A stretch of 64,000 nucleotides of DNA, taken from NCBI GenBank assembly GCA_022768375.1, contig JALEMG010000026.1:2259-66258 (forward strand), given 5' to 3'. The notes under the pieces are model-generated. The model saw only the letters and a list, made by a program, of their open reading frames with translations. It made no database searches and was not told where the DNA came from. This document shows positions 9,590 to 19,196 of the stretch, piece by piece (within the stretch, counting starts at the first letter, position 1; each line of letters begins with the position of its first letter). This DNA comes from Lentisphaeria bacterium (GTDB lineage: Bacteria; Verrucomicrobiota; Lentisphaeria; Victivallales; Victivallaceae). The position numbers and the translations under genes are program-made.

Positions 9590-11485
9590 TTAATTCAACA
9601 TGATCTGCCCGCCGGTGACCGCGATGGCCTGCCCGGTCTCGTACTGCTGTTCCACCGCGTACACGATGGCTTTGGCCACATCGGAGGGGAAACAGCCGCG
9701 ATTCATCGGCACCAGACTCTCATAATGCCGCCGGACATCCTCCACCGTCTTGGCGCCGGGAACCTTGCCGGCGGCCAGATACTGGACAAACAGCCCTCGC
9801 ACCGGATCGCTCCACAGCGGACCGTCGAGAAAGTTGCCGGGGCAGACGGCGTTGACCTTGATCCGGTCCGCGACCAATTCCAGCGCGAAACTCTGAACCA
9901 GCCCCAGTCCTCCGAACTTGCTGCCGGCGTAGGCGCCGTTGTTTTTGCTTCCGGCCAGCCCGCTCTTGGAATTGACCTGCACGATATCGCTCCACAGTCC
10001 GGTCACCTTGTTCTGTTCCGCCATGACCCGGGCGAAATACTTCGTGCAGAGGAAAAATCCGTTGTAGTTGACGTCGGTGACGAACTTCCAATCCTTGAAG
10101 TCGAAACTTTTGACCGAACCGGCCCGGGCGACCCCGGCGTTGGAGACCAGCAGATCGACGCCGCCGAATTCCCGGACGATCTCCCGGACCAGATTCTCCA
10201 CCGAAGATTCATCCGCCACATTCACCGCGAAGCCGCGGCAGCCGCCTCCCAGCACCGCGGCGGCTTTGGCCGCGCCTTCGGCATTCATGTCCGCGACAAC
10301 GATGTCGGCGCCGAGCGCGACCAGCGACTCCGCAATGCCGAGGCCGAATCCCTGCGCACCGCCGGTGACGACCGCGACCATGCCGGTCAGAGCCGAATTG
10401 CCGCCGGAGGCGACCTTGGCCCGGTAGGATTCGACCTCCCAGTTTTCAATGAACTCCCGCTGCGCGTCGGAGAGGTAGTGGACTCCGCCGAACGCGGCGG
10501 CGATCTTTTCGATCCGGGCGCCGTTCAGAGCCAGAGCCTGCACGGTGGCGGCGGCGGATTTGCTCTTTCCGGCGCAAAACACCGCCTTGCCCGGCACCTG
10601 CACCATCCGGGGCGCGTACCCGCGCCCGGCGCGAAACGCCTCGATCTCCGCCGCATCCGGCCGGGCGGAGATCACGCCGAACGCTTTGGCATACACCAGA
10701 TGGTCCGGGGTCAGCGGCCCGCGGGGGATGGAGAAATCCCCCAGCGCCGCGACAGTGACCGGGCGGCCGTCGGCATCCGGACGCAGCAGTCCGCGCAGGC
10801 CGGGAGCGAGACTCATGACGCATTCCATGTCCGGCGCCGCCGGAATCACGGGAGAAACGTCCACGCCCGCGGACGCGCAGAAGCCGGCCAGTTTCCGCAT
10901 CATGCCGGAATAAACGGCGTCGATCTCCTCCGCCGTATCCGCGCCGACGAAAACCCCGTGGTTCTGCAGAAAGATCACCCGCGGGTCACACCCTTTCGCC
11001 GCCCGGTACTTTTCGCACTCGTCGTAAACGGTTTTGGCCAGAATGAACCCGGGATCGCAATACTCGACCCAGAGCGCCTCCGGGAACAATTCCGCGCAAC
11101 GGCGTTCCCCGTCCTGTCCGCAGGTCATGCCGTTGACCAGCGCCGGATGCGTATGCACCACATATTTGAAGGGCAGGATCTCGTGCAGCGGCGCCTCCAC
11201 GGACGGCCGCATGCCCTCTCCGACGACGGCAAAGGCCATCAGACTTTTTACTTTGGCTTCACGCTCCGCTTTGGAGGCAAATTCTCCCAGCGCGAAACAA
11301 CTGCGGACGACAGCGCGGTCCATTTTGACGAAATCACCTTCGGCAATTTTCGCCAGCGAGACACCGCTGGGCTTCACATACAGAAATTTTTCATCCTTGT
11401 ATGACGTATTGCCGCCTCCGGCCAGCACGAATTCGGGATCGGCGCCGTAGCGGTTGGATAACTCTTTGATGACCGACAATGACAT
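9590..11485 (-). CDS. bifunctional class II aldolase / short-chain dehydrogenase (rhamnulose-1-phosphate aldolase / lactaldehyde dehydrogenase-like, RhaEW/YuxG type)
   Basis: N-terminal aldolase-II/adducin-like domain, then an SDR domain with TGGAQGFGLG and YAGSK. Confidence 0.8.
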   Translation of the reverse strand: MSLSVIKELSNRYGADPEFVLAGGGNTSYKDEKFLYVKPSGVSLAKIAEGDFVKMDRAVVRSCFALGEFASKAEREAKVKSLMAFAVVGEGMRPSVEAPLHEILPFKYVVHTHPALVNGMTCGQDGERRCAELFPEALWVEYCDPGFILAKTVYDECEKYRAAKGCDPRVIFLQNHGVFVGADTAEEIDAVYSGMMRKLAGFCASAGVDVSPVIPAAPDMECVMSLAPGLRGLLRPDADGRPVTVAALGDFSIPRGPLTPDHLVYAKAFGVISARPDAAEIEAFRAGRGYAPRMVQVPGKAVFCAGKSKSAAATVQALALNGARIEKIAAAFGGVHYLSDAQREFIENWEVESYRAKVASGGNSALTGMVAVVTGGAQGFGLGIAESLVALGADIVVADMNAEGAAKAAAVLGGGCRGFAVNVADESSVENLVREIVREFGGVDLLVSNAGVARAGSVKSFDFKDWKFVTDVNYNGFFLCTKYFARVMAEQNKVTGLWSDIVQVNSKSGLAGSKNNGAYAGSKFGGLGLVQSFALELVADRIKVNAVCPGNFLDGPLWSDPVRGLFVQYLAAGKVPGAKTVEDVRRHYESLVPMNRGCFPSDVAKAIVYAVEQQYETGQAIAVTGGQIMLN

Positions 11486-11553
11486 AGTTCACCTCGCTTG
11501 TATGTTCGGGAATCCCCATTCCCTGATCCGTTGATTCCGCAGTCGAAGCCGTT

Positions 11554-12660
11554 TCAATCCCCGCCGCGATTTCTTTCATCCAAATGCAGCTGGATCACCG
11601 TAATGATGATCAACAGCAGAAACATCTGCGCCACGATCACGGCGCCCGTCTTGAAGTCCCCCCAGAACACCGGCAAAGCCCCCAACGCCACGGTCAGCGC
11701 CATCAGATGCACCAGCGCCACCGCGCTGCGGCGGCTCAGCCCCATGCGCACGAAGCGGTGGGAGATATGATTGTGGTCGCCGATCCAAAACGGCACCCGC
11801 CGGCAGGTCCGGATCGCCACGACCATCGCCGTATCGAAAAGCGGCAGCGCCAGAATAAAGGCGGGGATCAGCACCGGGAACCGGGACAGCGAATAACTTT
11901 TGTCGAAAAACGTCACCTGCGCCGCCACCACCGCGGCCAGATAACCGAGAAAATGACTGCCCGAGTCCCCCATGAAAATGCTGGCGGGATTGGCGTTGAA
12001 TATCCAGAATCCGCAGCACACTCCACAGTTGAGCGCGGCGAACGTCGCCACGAAATACTCCCGGTTCAGCGCGGCGATCACGGCGAAAAATCCCATGGCG
12101 ATCGCAATGGTCCCGGCGGCGAGGCCGTCCATGTTGTCGAAAAAATTGATGGAATTCATCATCAGCACGATCCAGAACACCGTCACCGCCGCCGTCAGCG
12201 CCGGGGCGTCGAGAAAAAGATTGACCCGGACCCCTCCCCCCAGCACCGCGAGCAGCGCCACGGCAAACTGTCCGGCGAACTTGCTTTTGGCACTCAGCGC
12301 CCATTTGTCGTCGATCAGGCCGAGAATGACCGCGAGCAGCGCCCCCAGCCCGATGAAGCCCAGCGGCAGGATGATATGTTTCATTCCGGCGACATGACTG
12401 CTCCAGACCTCCCGCAGCGCCCCGGGAAGCCACCCTCCGGTCACGGCGCACCATCCCAGCGCCAGCATTCCCAGCCAGGAACAGAACATCGCCGCACCGC
12501 CCAGCAGGGCCGTCGCTTTGGCATGACCTTTGTGATTGTTCGCCGGCAGATCGAGAAAACCGGTTTTCCACGCGATGCGGCGGAAAACGACCGTCAGTCC
12601 CGCGCTCAACCCCATCGCTCCGGCGAATGCCAGCGCATAAACGCCCACCCACTTGTCCAT
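11554..12660 (-). CDS. polyprenyl-phosphate N-acetylhexosamine-1-phosphate transferase (MraY/WecA family, GT4)
   Basis: About 10 TM segments and the NSINFFDNMDGLAAG motif. Confidence 0.85.
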   Translation of the reverse strand: MDKWVGVYALAFAGAMGLSAGLTVVFRRIAWKTGFLDLPANNHKGHAKATALLGGAAMFCSWLGMLALGWCAVTGGWLPGALREVWSSHVAGMKHIILPLGFIGLGALLAVILGLIDDKWALSAKSKFAGQFAVALLAVLGGGVRVNLFLDAPALTAAVTVFWIVLMMNSINFFDNMDGLAAGTIAIAMGFFAVIAALNREYFVATFAALNCGVCCGFWIFNANPASIFMGDSGSHFLGYLAAVVAAQVTFFDKSYSLSRFPVLIPAFILALPLFDTAMVVAIRTCRRVPFWIGDHNHISHRFVRMGLSRRSAVALVHLMALTVALGALPVFWGDFKTGAVIVAQMFLLLIIITVIQLHLDERNRGGD

Positions 12661-12664
12661 ATCC

Positions 12665-13426
12665 TCAGGTCCGCTCCATGTTTCGCCGCACCGATTCGAA
12701 AATCAGCACGGTCGCCGCCTGCGCGGCATTGATGGATTCATAGCCGCCGGGCATCGGGATCGTCACCCGGTGCGCATCCGGGGCGGCCCCGATGATCCCG
12801 TTGGGCTCGCCGCCGATGACGATGACCGAATGCTCAAACAGACCGGGCTCCCGGAAGCAGTTCGCCCCCTCATGCGGATCGGCCAGAAACACCTTGCCGA
12901 ATCCGGCCGCCGCCGCCGCCCGCGCCAGAATTTCCAGCGTGTCGAACCGGCGCAGACGCAATCCGAACTGCGCCCCCATACCGGAACGGATCGCCTTGTC
13001 GCCCCACGGGTCGATGGACCCTTTGGTGTACCACAATTCCCGCTGTCCCGCCGCCCGAAGTGACCGGGCGATCGTTCCGAAATTCCCCGGGTCGCCCAGT
13101 TGATCCAGCGCCAGAATGAAGTCACCCGCCACCGGACCGACCGCCTGCGGCGGGATTTCCGCCACCGCGATCACGCCCTGCGCCGTCACCGTGCCGGAAA
13201 CGGCCGCGAAATCCGCCTCCGAAATCATGCGGACCTCCGGCGCCCCGATCCCCAAAGTTCGCAGCCCCCGTTCCGTGGCCGCCGTGAACCGGACCCGTTC
13301 CGGGAAGAAGGTCAGCAACTCCCGCACCGCCCGCACGCCCTCGCACCGGCAGCAGTTCGCCTTACGGCGGCCGATCCGGGTTGTGAGGGACTGCAGCAGA
13401 TTTTTTTCGCGGCGGGAGAGTTCCAT
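12665..13426 (-). CDS. TrmH/SpoU-family RNA 2'-O-methyltransferase
   Basis: C-terminal SPOUT signature (GGEPNGI...IPMPGGYESINAAQAA). Confidence 0.75.
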   Translation of the reverse strand: MELSRREKNLLQSLTTRIGRRKANCCRCEGVRAVRELLTFFPERVRFTAATERGLRTLGIGAPEVRMISEADFAAVSGTVTAQGVIAVAEIPPQAVGPVAGDFILALDQLGDPGNFGTIARSLRAAGQRELWYTKGSIDPWGDKAIRSGMGAQFGLRLRRFDTLEILARAAAAAGFGKVFLADPHEGANCFREPGLFEHSVIVIGGEPNGIIGAAPDAHRVTIPMPGGYESINAAQAATVLIFESVRRNMERT

Positions 13427-13444
13427 CTGCGTTCGGAAGCCTTC

Positions 13445-14113
13445 CTATTTGGACGTCGGGGCGAAATCCCCGTTGGCAATGGCCGCCAGCGCATGACGGC
13501 TCTGCATCACCCAAAGTTCCGCGCCGGAATGTCCGACGTCTCCCAAACTCGCCACCCGGGTGAACGCGGCTTTCGCACCGGGAATGTCGCCGTTTTTCAG
13601 CATCATCCGACCGGCCTGATACCCGGCCTCCGCCCGGACCGGCAGCGAATTCTCCGCACCGGCTTCCACGGAGGACCAATCCGCGATCGCGATTTTATCC
13701 TCGCCGGCCAGTTCCGCGCAGGACGCGGCCTCCATCCGGGCTTTTTCGCGCAGGACAGCCGAAATCCCGGCGCAGGACGCGGCTTTGATGTATTCGCTTC
13801 TGGCCCGGGCGTACTGTCCCGCGGCCTGAAGCGCCCGGGCGCACCGGAGCCGGGCCACAACCACCGCCGGGTGCGTCGGACGGCGGGCGGCGACCGCCTC
13901 CAGATTCTCCGGCGTCGCCGCGGCCAGTTCCGCCCGGTACGCCGCGTCGCGGCGGCGCTGGACATGATTCCATGCGAAAACGCCCACGACGATCACGACC
14001 ACCAGCGCGGCCGTCACGACGCATCGCTTCCAATTTTCCGCGATCCACAACTCCATGCGTTCCCGGTCGGAAAAAAGTTCCTTCTCCAGCCCGTCGATTT
14101 TCTTCTTCGCCAT
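13445..14113 (-). CDS. membrane-anchored TPR-like protein (YfgM-like)
   Basis: Single N-terminal TM (VVTAALVVVIVVGVFAW) followed by an Ala-rich helical repeat region. There is no catalytic motif. Confidence 0.4.
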   Translation of the reverse strand: MAKKKIDGLEKELFSDRERMELWIAENWKRCVVTAALVVVIVVGVFAWNHVQRRRDAAYRAELAAATPENLEAVAARRPTHPAVVVARLRCARALQAAGQYARARSEYIKAASCAGISAVLREKARMEAASCAELAGEDKIAIADWSSVEAGAENSLPVRAEAGYQAGRMMLKNGDIPGAKAAFTRVASLGDVGHSGAELWVMQSRHALAAIANGDFAPTSK

Positions 14114-14143
14114 GATATGACCCGCCTTTCTCCTTACTTTGAA

Positions 14144-15265
14144 TCAATGATGAGAAAAAATCCGCTCCGGGGCGTGGAACAGCGCCACGCCCAGTTCGTT
14201 GGCCCGCTTGATGACATCCGCGTCGCGCAGACTGCCGGCGGGAGCGATGATGGCCCTGATCCCGGCGGCGGCGGCGGTCTCCACACCGTCTTCAAAGGGG
14301 AAGAATCCGTCGCTGGACATCACGGAACCCTCCAAAATCCCGCTGCCGGAGTATTTCTGGTTGAATTTGGCGATCGCCTGCTCGATGGCCCCCACCCGAT
14401 CCTGCTCGCCCGTACCGACGGAGAGCGTCTGGCCGCCGGAGACGATCACCACCCCGTTGGAACGGACGCTTAAATTGACATGCCAGGAAAAGAGCAGGTC
14501 CCGCTTCTGCGCCTCGGAACACGGCACCGTCGAAACCTGTTGTCCGCACCGGGTGTTTTCCCCGCGGGCGGGACGGAGGTCCGCGACGGTCCGCAGCGAA
14601 GTGAGCAGCGGAGCGGCGAGGATCAGCGAACCGTCCGTCAGTACCTTGATGGTGTCGGATGCCGCCGCCGCGTCGGAGCAGTATTTGGGCAGTGCGTCGA
14701 TGTCTCCGCAACGGATGATGCGGACATGCCGGTTGAGTTTGAACCGTTCGGCGTCGTTGAAAACCGCCAGCGCCTCCGGGGAAAATCCCGGTGCGACCAC
14801 GCACTCGACAAAGGTGCTCATGATCTCCTCGGCGGTCGCCGCGTCGACCCTGACGTTGAATGCGATGACACTGCCGAATGCGGCGCGGGCGTCCGCATCC
14901 CGGGCCTTGATGTAAACCTGTTTCAGATCCTCTCCGGGGAGCCCCATCGCGGCGCCGGAGGGGTTGACGTGCTTCATCACCGCACAGGCGGGGACTCCGG
15001 GGCAGAATTTGACGATGTTGAGGGCGCCGGAGATATCCTCCAGATTGGTCTGGGAGAGACCGTTCTTGCCGGTCTTGAGGATCTCCATCCCGCCGATGAC
15101 CCCACGACTTCCGGCCGGGCGGTAATACGCCGCCGGCTGGTGGGGATTGGTGCCGTAGCGCAGATCATCCACCTTTTCATACCGCTGTCCGGCCACTTCA
15201 ATGGAATCCGGAAAACTCCCAACATTCTTCTCCAGGTAACTGGAACGCGACAACTCCGCTGCCAT
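14144..15265 (-). CDS. purH: AICAR formyltransferase (PurH C-terminal domain only, no IMP cyclohydrolase domain)
   Basis: LRYGTNPHQ near the N-terminus and a PurH-like C-terminus (SLRDADVI...ERIFSHH). I chose the ATG preceded by AGGGGA over the upstream TTG at 15313. Confidence 0.8.
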   Translation of the reverse strand: MAAELSRSSYLEKNVGSFPDSIEVAGQRYEKVDDLRYGTNPHQPAAYYRPAGSRGVIGGMEILKTGKNGLSQTNLEDISGALNIVKFCPGVPACAVMKHVNPSGAAMGLPGEDLKQVYIKARDADARAAFGSVIAFNVRVDAATAEEIMSTFVECVVAPGFSPEALAVFNDAERFKLNRHVRIIRCGDIDALPKYCSDAAAASDTIKVLTDGSLILAAPLLTSLRTVADLRPARGENTRCGQQVSTVPCSEAQKRDLLFSWHVNLSVRSNGVVIVSGGQTLSVGTGEQDRVGAIEQAIAKFNQKYSGSGILEGSVMSSDGFFPFEDGVETAAAAGIRAIIAPAGSLRDADVIKRANELGVALFHAPERIFSHH

Positions 15266-15415
15266 GACTTCCCCTTTTCTGTGCGAATTGCAATAAAACA
15301 CGATTTTTTCCAATAATACAATATATCACCATTTGAACTTATGAGCAAATGGAACTATCTTTAAATAACGCATTTATTCGGGTAAAATTCACGCGATCCC
15401 GCGGTCGCGGCATGG

Positions 15416-16057
15416 ATGATGAGTCTCAAGCAAGGTTTTTTCATCACGTTCGAGGGGCCGGAGGGCGCCGGAAAAAGTTCGCAGGTCGAGCGTCTGGCCG
15501 CGTATCTGCGCTCCCGGGGCATGGAGTGTCTGCTCACCCGCGAACCCGGCGGCACCCCGCTGGCGGAGTGTCTGCGCACCATGGTCAAATCCCATCACGG
15601 CGCGGAAACCATTCACCCGGAGACCGAACTGCTGCTGATCGAGGCCGCCCGGGCCCAGCATGCGCGGGAGGTCATTCTCCCGGCGCTGGATGCGGGCAAA
15701 ACGGTGATCTGCGACCGTTTCTACGATTCCACCACCGCGTATCAGGGCGGAGCCCGGAACCTCCCGGGGGAGATCATTTCCGCGCTGAACCTTTTCGCCG
15801 CCGGGGGCAGGAAGCCGGACCTGACATTTCTGATGGACCTGCCGCCGGAAACCGGATTCTTGCGAATCCGGGAGCGGGAGAGCGACGGGTACGACCGTTT
15901 TGAACACGAGGACCTGGCGTTTCACCGGGCGGTCCGGTCCGAGTTCCTGCGCGTCGCCCGGAACGAACCGGAGCGGGTCAAGGTCATTGACGCCGCGCAG
16001 GACCGAAACACGATCAGCGAAATCATCCGACGGGTGGTCGATGAGTCTCTATTCTGA
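15416..16057 (+). CDS. tmk: thymidylate kinase
   Basis: FITFEGPEGAGKSS P-loop, a DRF-type motif (CDRFYDST) and a length of about 213 aa. Confidence 0.9.
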   Translation: MMSLKQGFFITFEGPEGAGKSSQVERLAAYLRSRGMECLLTREPGGTPLAECLRTMVKSHHGAETIHPETELLLIEAARAQHAREVILPALDAGKTVICDRFYDSTTAYQGGARNLPGEIISALNLFAAGGRKPDLTFLMDLPPETGFLRIRERESDGYDRFEHEDLAFHRAVRSEFLRVARNEPERVKVIDAAQDRNTISEIIRRVVDESLF

Positions 16058-17090
16058 ATATCGGCGGCGTTACGGCGGTCTGATCGACTGTCTGGAACAC
16101 GCCCGGAGTTGCGGGCGGCTGGCTCACGCGTTTCTGATCCATTCGCCGGACGCCCGGGTGCGCCGGGAGTTCGCGGCGGTGGTCATGCAGATTGTCGGGT
16201 GCAAAAACGTCCGCGACGGACGCCCGGACACGACCTGTCACTTCTGTTCTCAGGTCGAGAACCGCCTCTACGCCGACTGCCACACCATCAGCCCGGTGGG
16301 GAAAATGTATCTGATCAAAGTCGGAGACCGGATCAATCCGGAACCCAATACCCTGCGGGATATGCTGGATCATCTTGGATACACCTCGGGAACGCATCGG
16401 AAATTCGGGGTGATCGAGGATGCCGACCGCATGGGCGTGGAAGCCCAGAACGCTCTGCTCAAAACGTTGGAGGAGCCGCCGCCGGAGACCACGATCATTC
16501 TGGAGAGCGCCAATCCCGGCGCACTGCTGCCGACCACCCGGTCACGCTGTCAACTTCTGGAACTGCCGGACAACCGGTTCCACTTTGCATTCAACGGCTT
16601 TGATACGGTGCGTCAGGCCCTGTACGACCTCTGCTTTCACTGCGGATGCGACCTGGTGAAAGTGGAAATGGCGGCGGCCCGGCTCATCTCCGTCTCCGAT
16701 GCGCTGGCGGAACAGGCGGCGGCGGAAGCGGAAACGGAATTCGCCGCCGGAATGACCGCTGCCGCGCAGAGCGAGGACGCCGCATTCATCAAGCGCATGG
16801 AGACCCGGCGAAACGACGCCGCCAGCGGCGCCTACATGCGGGAACGGCGGGAATTCATCACCGCCATAACCACTTTCTGCTCGCAAATCTTTTTGCTGGC
16901 GCAGGGCGTGTCGCCCGCGGACCTGCCCAACCCGGAGATGTTCGAGCATCTGGCGATCCCGGCGACGATCCCGCCCGAACGCGCCGGGAGGATACTCAAG
17001 GAAGCGGAGGATCTGGAATACACGCTGCGCTTCAATGTCAATTCCGATCTGGCGCTGCGGACATTCGCGGTCAACGTGGCGATGAACTGA
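16041..17090 (+). CDS. holB: DNA polymerase III delta' subunit
   Basis: ATG overlaps the tmk 3' end. It carries AHAFLIHSP, a Cys cluster (CHFCSQV...ADC) and the TTRSRCQ SRC motif. Confidence 0.75.
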   Translation: MSLYSEYRRRYGGLIDCLEHARSCGRLAHAFLIHSPDARVRREFAAVVMQIVGCKNVRDGRPDTTCHFCSQVENRLYADCHTISPVGKMYLIKVGDRINPEPNTLRDMLDHLGYTSGTHRKFGVIEDADRMGVEAQNALLKTLEEPPPETTIILESANPGALLPTTRSRCQLLELPDNRFHFAFNGFDTVRQALYDLCFHCGCDLVKVEMAAARLISVSDALAEQAAAEAETEFAAGMTAAAQSEDAAFIKRMETRRNDAASGAYMRERREFITAITTFCSQIFLLAQGVSPADLPNPEMFEHLAIPATIPPERAGRILKEAEDLEYTLRFNVNSDLALRTFAVNVAMN

Positions 17091-17093
17091 GTT

Positions 17094-17531
17094 TCAGATG
17101 AAACGCATCCCCAGCATCCGCATCTGTCCGTCCTTTTCTCCGAAGATCAACTGAAACAACTGCTGCTGCCGAATCTGCCGCCCTTCCCGATCGCGCCGGA
17201 CGAAATCCACCACCCATATCTGGTTGATCAGCAACGGCGTCTGCAGATAGGTCAGGAAGCGGAAATCCACCGGCTTGCCGTATTTCCGCACGATCTCCTC
17301 CCGGTCCCGCCGGAATTTTTCCGCGTCTCCGGCGATTTGCGGTTCCCCTGCGGCTTGGGCGAATTGTTCGTAGTTTCCGGCCGTGATCGCCGCCACGATC
17401 CCCTCTCCCCGGCCCCGGCAGATGTCGGAGACCTCGATCCCGCCCTGCGACCAATCGTCCGCGCGCAGACAGCCCGTTCCGATCCCCGACAGCAGGAAAA
17501 ACAGTAAAATCCACCGGCCGCATCGGATCAT
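17094..17531 (-). CDS. small putative lipoprotein (DUF3887/NTF2-like by eye)
   Basis: Internal ATG gives the signal peptide MIRCGRWILLFFLLSGIGTGC. The start overlaps the stop of the upstream secretin gene. Confidence 0.45.
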   Translation of the reverse strand: MIRCGRWILLFFLLSGIGTGCLRADDWSQGGIEVSDICRGRGEGIVAAITAGNYEQFAQAAGEPQIAGDAEKFRRDREEIVRKYGKPVDFRFLTYLQTPLLINQIWVVDFVRRDREGRQIRQQQLFQLIFGEKDGQMRMLGMRFI

Positions 17532-19180
17532 CGCGTCACCTCGCCCGGAGCATCCCAGCGGCAACTTGCCACCACCACCAGTTCGGAATTTTTGACGGAC
17601 TTGGACTTGCTGGAAAACAGATACCCGAGAAGCGGGATGTCCGCCAGCCACGGTACGCCGGTTTCCGATTCGACCACCGCCTGCTTATTGAGACCGCCGA
17701 TGACGAATCCGCCCTCTCCGGCAAACGGAAGACTGACGTTCTGACTGATCACGTTTCCCTGGGAGATACGGGGCGAACCGTTGGACTGAAACCCGATCAG
17801 ACTGGTGTTGCCCAGCGTGACGGTGAAACGGCACTCCTTCAGATTGACGGAGACATTCTCCACCTTCATGGTGAAACCGTATCCGCTGTTGGCCGTGGTG
17901 ATCTGCTGTCGTCCCTTGCCGACCGGAATGTCCCGATCGGAGACCGCGCTGACCACATGTTTGATGATGGACGAAAACAATTCATAGGGACCGACCCCCA
18001 TGTCCGGAAGTTCCAGCGCGTCCGGCGGAGGCTGGGAATCGTCGGCAAAGAAAATCTGCGTCGTCCAGCTGAACATTCCGTTGGTGTTGTTGCGCAGACA
18101 GAGTTCCCCTGAGTGGACGATCTCAGCCCGCCCCCTGGCGGTGAGGAAATCCAGATATCGGCTGTTCCACTTGGGATTGAAGTTAAAAAAACTGCTCCGT
18201 TCCGAACCGTATGCCCGGTTGAGATTTCCCGCGCCGCCGTAGATCGCCGCCCAGTTGTTGCGGTAACGACCGCCCACGGAAAAGAAATCCGTGCCCTCGT
18301 TGTTTTTCCACGACTGAAAATCAATGCCGATGCGGTCGTCGTTCTCGGAATACACCTCGTAAACTTTCACGGTCAGCCGGACCTGCGGGATCGGCACGTC
18401 GTATTTTTTCAGCAGATTGGCAATGTTGTCGCAGGAATAATTGGACACGTCGAAAATCAGCCAGTTCAGATCGGGGTCGGTGGTGACCAGATCCTGCCCC
18501 TGCCACAACTCCGTCACATCGCTGACATTCATCCCGACGTTTTCGATCAGCGGCTGCAGATTTGCCGCCGGGACATAACGCGGCATGTAGATGAACATTT
18601 GGGAGCCGGTTCCCAGCGCGCCCATTTCGGGGCGGTCGAACATGGCGACGATGGTGTCGATCCCCATGCCGTTCTCGCTGTCCTTGAAGCGGTATTCCTC
18701 GGCGCTCACGATGAGCAGCCCCGTGCCGTCCACATATTTCAGGCACTCCACCGCGGTGTTGCTGCCCAACTGCGGCGTCGGGTTGTATCCCATCTGCGCC
18801 GCGGCCGCATTCAACTGGGTCTGGGAAACGGCCGCCTGCACCGGAACCCCGGCGGTGTTGCCGGGATAACTCTGGACCATACCGGTGTTGCCCACCCGTT
18901 TGCTCTGGACCATCTGCCGCAGATAATCCCGGAATCCGTAGGCGTCAACGTGTTTCAGCACATAGGTTTTCGTCACCACCCGGGGGTCGTTGTTGTCCCG
19001 GATGAAATGCACCACTTCGGTATGCTGATCCACCTGCACCGTCAGTTGCGCTTCGACTCTGGTGCCGTCATAACCGCCGGTATTGCCGGTGTTGGAATCC
19101 CGCGGCACCCCGGGGACCACCGCCGAATACAGCGGCAGCACCGCCGCCGCCGCACCGTAAATCAACCATTTTACTTTCAT
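17528..19180 (-). CDS. secretin (GspD/PilQ superfamily), paralogue 1
   Basis: Signal peptide, an N0/N1-like region and the C-terminal secretin signature GVPWLADIPLLGYLFSSKS. Confidence 0.8.
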   Translation of the reverse strand: MKVKWLIYGAAAAVLPLYSAVVPGVPRDSNTGNTGGYDGTRVEAQLTVQVDQHTEVVHFIRDNNDPRVVTKTYVLKHVDAYGFRDYLRQMVQSKRVGNTGMVQSYPGNTAGVPVQAAVSQTQLNAAAAQMGYNPTPQLGSNTAVECLKYVDGTGLLIVSAEEYRFKDSENGMGIDTIVAMFDRPEMGALGTGSQMFIYMPRYVPAANLQPLIENVGMNVSDVTELWQGQDLVTTDPDLNWLIFDVSNYSCDNIANLLKKYDVPIPQVRLTVKVYEVYSENDDRIGIDFQSWKNNEGTDFFSVGGRYRNNWAAIYGGAGNLNRAYGSERSSFFNFNPKWNSRYLDFLTARGRAEIVHSGELCLRNNTNGMFSWTTQIFFADDSQPPPDALELPDMGVGPYELFSSIIKHVVSAVSDRDIPVGKGRQQITTANSGYGFTMKVENVSVNLKECRFTVTLGNTSLIGFQSNGSPRISQGNVISQNVSLPFAGEGGFVIGGLNKQAVVESETGVPWLADIPLLGYLFSSKSKSVKNSELVVVASCRWDAPGEVTR

Positions 19181-19196
19181 TTGCCGTTCCTCATTC

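Noticed and set aside
6016-11404. Very long plus-strand ORFs (853 aa at 6016-8577 and 1031 aa at 8309-11404) antisense to lon, the PfkB kinase and the aldolase/SDR gene
   Set aside because: Their translations are Arg/Pro/Gly/His-rich low-complexity strings with no recognisable motifs. The opposite strand encodes proteins with clear catalytic signatures. This is a typical stop-codon-poor antisense artefact of high-GC DNA.
15349-15903. 184-aa plus-strand ORF overlapping tmk in another frame
   Set aside because: tmk in the neighbouring frame has the P-loop and full family similarity, whereas this ORF is Arg/Gly/Pro-rich with no motifs.
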